Source: Geosiphon pyriformis uo1
Taxonomy: Eukaryota; Fungi; Glomeromycota
DNA: 64,000 nucleotides
Reading direction: 5' to 3'
NCBI GenBank assembly: GCA_016748015.1
Contig: JAAOMT010000595.1
Location: 190,282-254,281, forward strand
In this document: one piece after another, positions 61,701-64,000 of the stretch
How the letters are laid out: every line of letters starts with the position of its first letter
Position numbering within the stretch: the first letter of the stretch is position 1
The notes under the pieces: generated by a model
Told to the model about the DNA's origin: nothing
Databases searched by the model: none
Seen by the model: the letters and a program-made list of their open reading frames with translations, nothing else
Position numbers and translations under genes: made by a program

Positions 61701-64000
61701 AATATATAAAAATAGTCAAAATTTGTCAAAAATATTGTTGCTAAAAAAAGATTCAAAAATTATAAATCACAAATAATTGTCAATATTGTCTAAAAAAATT
61801 AAATAATTATATAAAAACTTAAATATTAAATATTTAAAAACTCAAGAAGTTTTTAACATCAAATACAAGCTTATAAATCTAATAAATTCTTATTTTATTA
61901 ATAAAATTAATTTAAAGATTAATATTTTTAGTGTTAATAAGTTTCTAGTTAAAAAAAACTATTAAATAAAACAATTTATTATTTGAAAATTTTGCCAAAA
62001 TTTTTATTTTGTAACTTTAATATAATTTATAAATTTATTATATTATAGATAATTAACTTTAATTGATTTTGTTTATAATATCAACAAATATAATTAGTGC
62101 TTGTTTATTATATATATATTTATAATGACTGTAAATATTAAAATATTAATAGATATTTTTTTGTTAATAAAAAAACAATAAGACAGTTACAATAAAATTA
62201 AAAATTATTTAAATATTTGTTTTTTGTTAAACTTTATAATATATGTTTTTTGATTAAAGTAGTATTAAAACAAACAATATTACAGCTATTTTTTCTGGCT
62301 TTTATAAAAAAAAACAAAAATATAATATTATTTTTTATATAATATATGTTGTTTAAACATAAGTTAAAAATATTTATTATAATTTATTTTTTAATAAATA
62401 ATATAAACAACATACAAAAAAACTCTAAGTAAATACAAAGTATATTTTAAGAAATTACTTAAACAATTTTAATAAATAGGTAATTTAAATTCAAAAATAT
62501 TTACTTTTTTATTTTTAAATAACTTTAATAAATTTTTTTAAGTCTTATTATAATAAACTTAAAACAAAAACTTTTTATATATATAATTTTATCAATATAA
62601 TTTATTTTACTGTTTTTTATAACTAATTTTTTGAATTTGGAGTTTTTATTAGATATTATATTTTTTAATTGCTTTTATTATCTTTTTATTCATATTTTAA
62701 TTATTTTATTGATTATTATGTTTACTAATTGTTATTATTTTTTTATTGTAAGTATATATTATATAATTTAGAAGTTAATACCAAAAAAAAACCAATATAA
62801 AAGAAATTGCTTTTAATTTTTGCACTAAAACAATTTTTATTGCCAATTTAAGTCCTAAAATTTTTATTAAAATTCATAAATTTTTTTTTGTTCAGAAACT
62901 TATTACAAAAAAGATGTATACTGTTTTAAAGAGATTGCAAAAAAGAAAAAAAATGTTAGAACTTTTATTTACAGAATATAATTACAAATTTTTTCATTAA
63001 TATATGTTTTTTTGTTGTTATGTTTTTTACAAACAACTTTGTAAAATTAATAATATTTTGATATCTAAAGTATAAAAAAGTTTTTAGGAAACTTTTAAGG
63101 AAAGTGATTTGAAGAATATTAGTTTTACAGCTTAGTAAAAGTATCTTAACATCAAAAAATTAATTAAAATAAATAAATTATTTGAAATAATTAGAGATTA
63201 GTATTATAATTTAGCAAATAAAAAAACATAAATAAAGTAAAAAATTTGTTGTATGTTTGGAAAAAGCATTAAAACCTGTTCTTGAGAAATAATAAAAACA
63301 ATCAATAATTATTTTTTAATAATAAAATGGTAATATGTAAAAAAATCGAAGTGGTTTTAACTTTACAAAAAAAAACAATTAATGGGTTTTTTGACCAATT
63401 TGTAGTAATAAAATTAAACGTTTTTTTTACTTATTTTTATATATTATTAATGTAAATTAGTGAATTAATTTTGTTGACCAAAATTTATTAGTTTATGTTA
63501 TGTATTGTCGATCAAAAATGGCTAATCACATGACCGGTTTGTCTTGTTTTAAGGACCCCTTTTTAAATAGCAATTAAATTATATTTTATAAGTAATTTTT
63601 AATTTTTAAAAAAAATTAAAGATTTCTTGCTTAGAAATATTTTGCATTAATTAACTATTACTTAATATAACATGGTAAAAATTATTTTAAAATAGGTATA
63701 ATTTATGTTTTTTCTACATATAACTAGTCATCTGTTTAAAATTTTTAAATAGCTTTAAAAATATATTTTTTATTAATTTTAAAACCAAATAAGACAATAA
63801 AAATTATTAATAACAAAATAATTAAATTATCAAAATTTTTTAATATTTGAATATTACAATATTTTATTCAAAAAATATGTAATTTTTAATAAAATATTAA
63901 TTCAAAAATAATTATAATTTATTCATATTTATTAATTGTTTTTGTTTTTTAATTATTTAAATTTTAATGTTAAATTTTTTATATACACAAATGTAATTTA

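Noticed and set aside
61700-64000. Extremely AT-rich DNA as organellar insertion or centromere
   Set aside because: No rRNA, tRNA or mitochondrial gene motifs; consistent with terminally decayed repeats, as at 7650-8350 and 35480-36380.

Overview
Eukaryotic, fungal-type DNA (short GT-AG introns, very AT-rich). It looks like Glomeromycotina, and the repeat proteins remind me of Geosiphon-like assemblies; that assignment is from memory and was not tested. A ~27 kb gene island with normal CpG content (~8.4-35.5 kb) carries eight protein genes: a PH+LRR CARMIL-like protein, FOL3/FolC, PUF6, a CRAL-TRIO PDR16/SFH-type protein, an ADP-ribosylglycohydrolase, an Edc1/PNRC-like decapping coactivator, HYPK (4 exons, only exon 1 visible in the ORF track) and VPS35. 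Both sides are transposon graveyards that are almost CpG-free and heavily C>T/G>A mutated on both strands. The left side is a near full-length RNase H-bearing LINE inserted in a Ty3/Gypsy 5' end. The right side has two tail-to-tail LINE 3' ends and a nest of at least five LTR-element insertions. The most interesting signals are: (1) a Ty3/Gypsy lineage ordered gag-PR-[Cys-rich spacer]-dUTPase-RT-RNaseH-IN-ORF3; (2) four independent nested insertions at the same tetramer, ACAG on the host sense strand, all antisense to the host; (3) nested LTR insertions in or beside the dUTPase domain of all three host copies; (4) a RIP-like or methylation-driven hypermutation with sharp borders at the gene island. 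Domain coordinates inside decayed elements are approximate and were read by eye.
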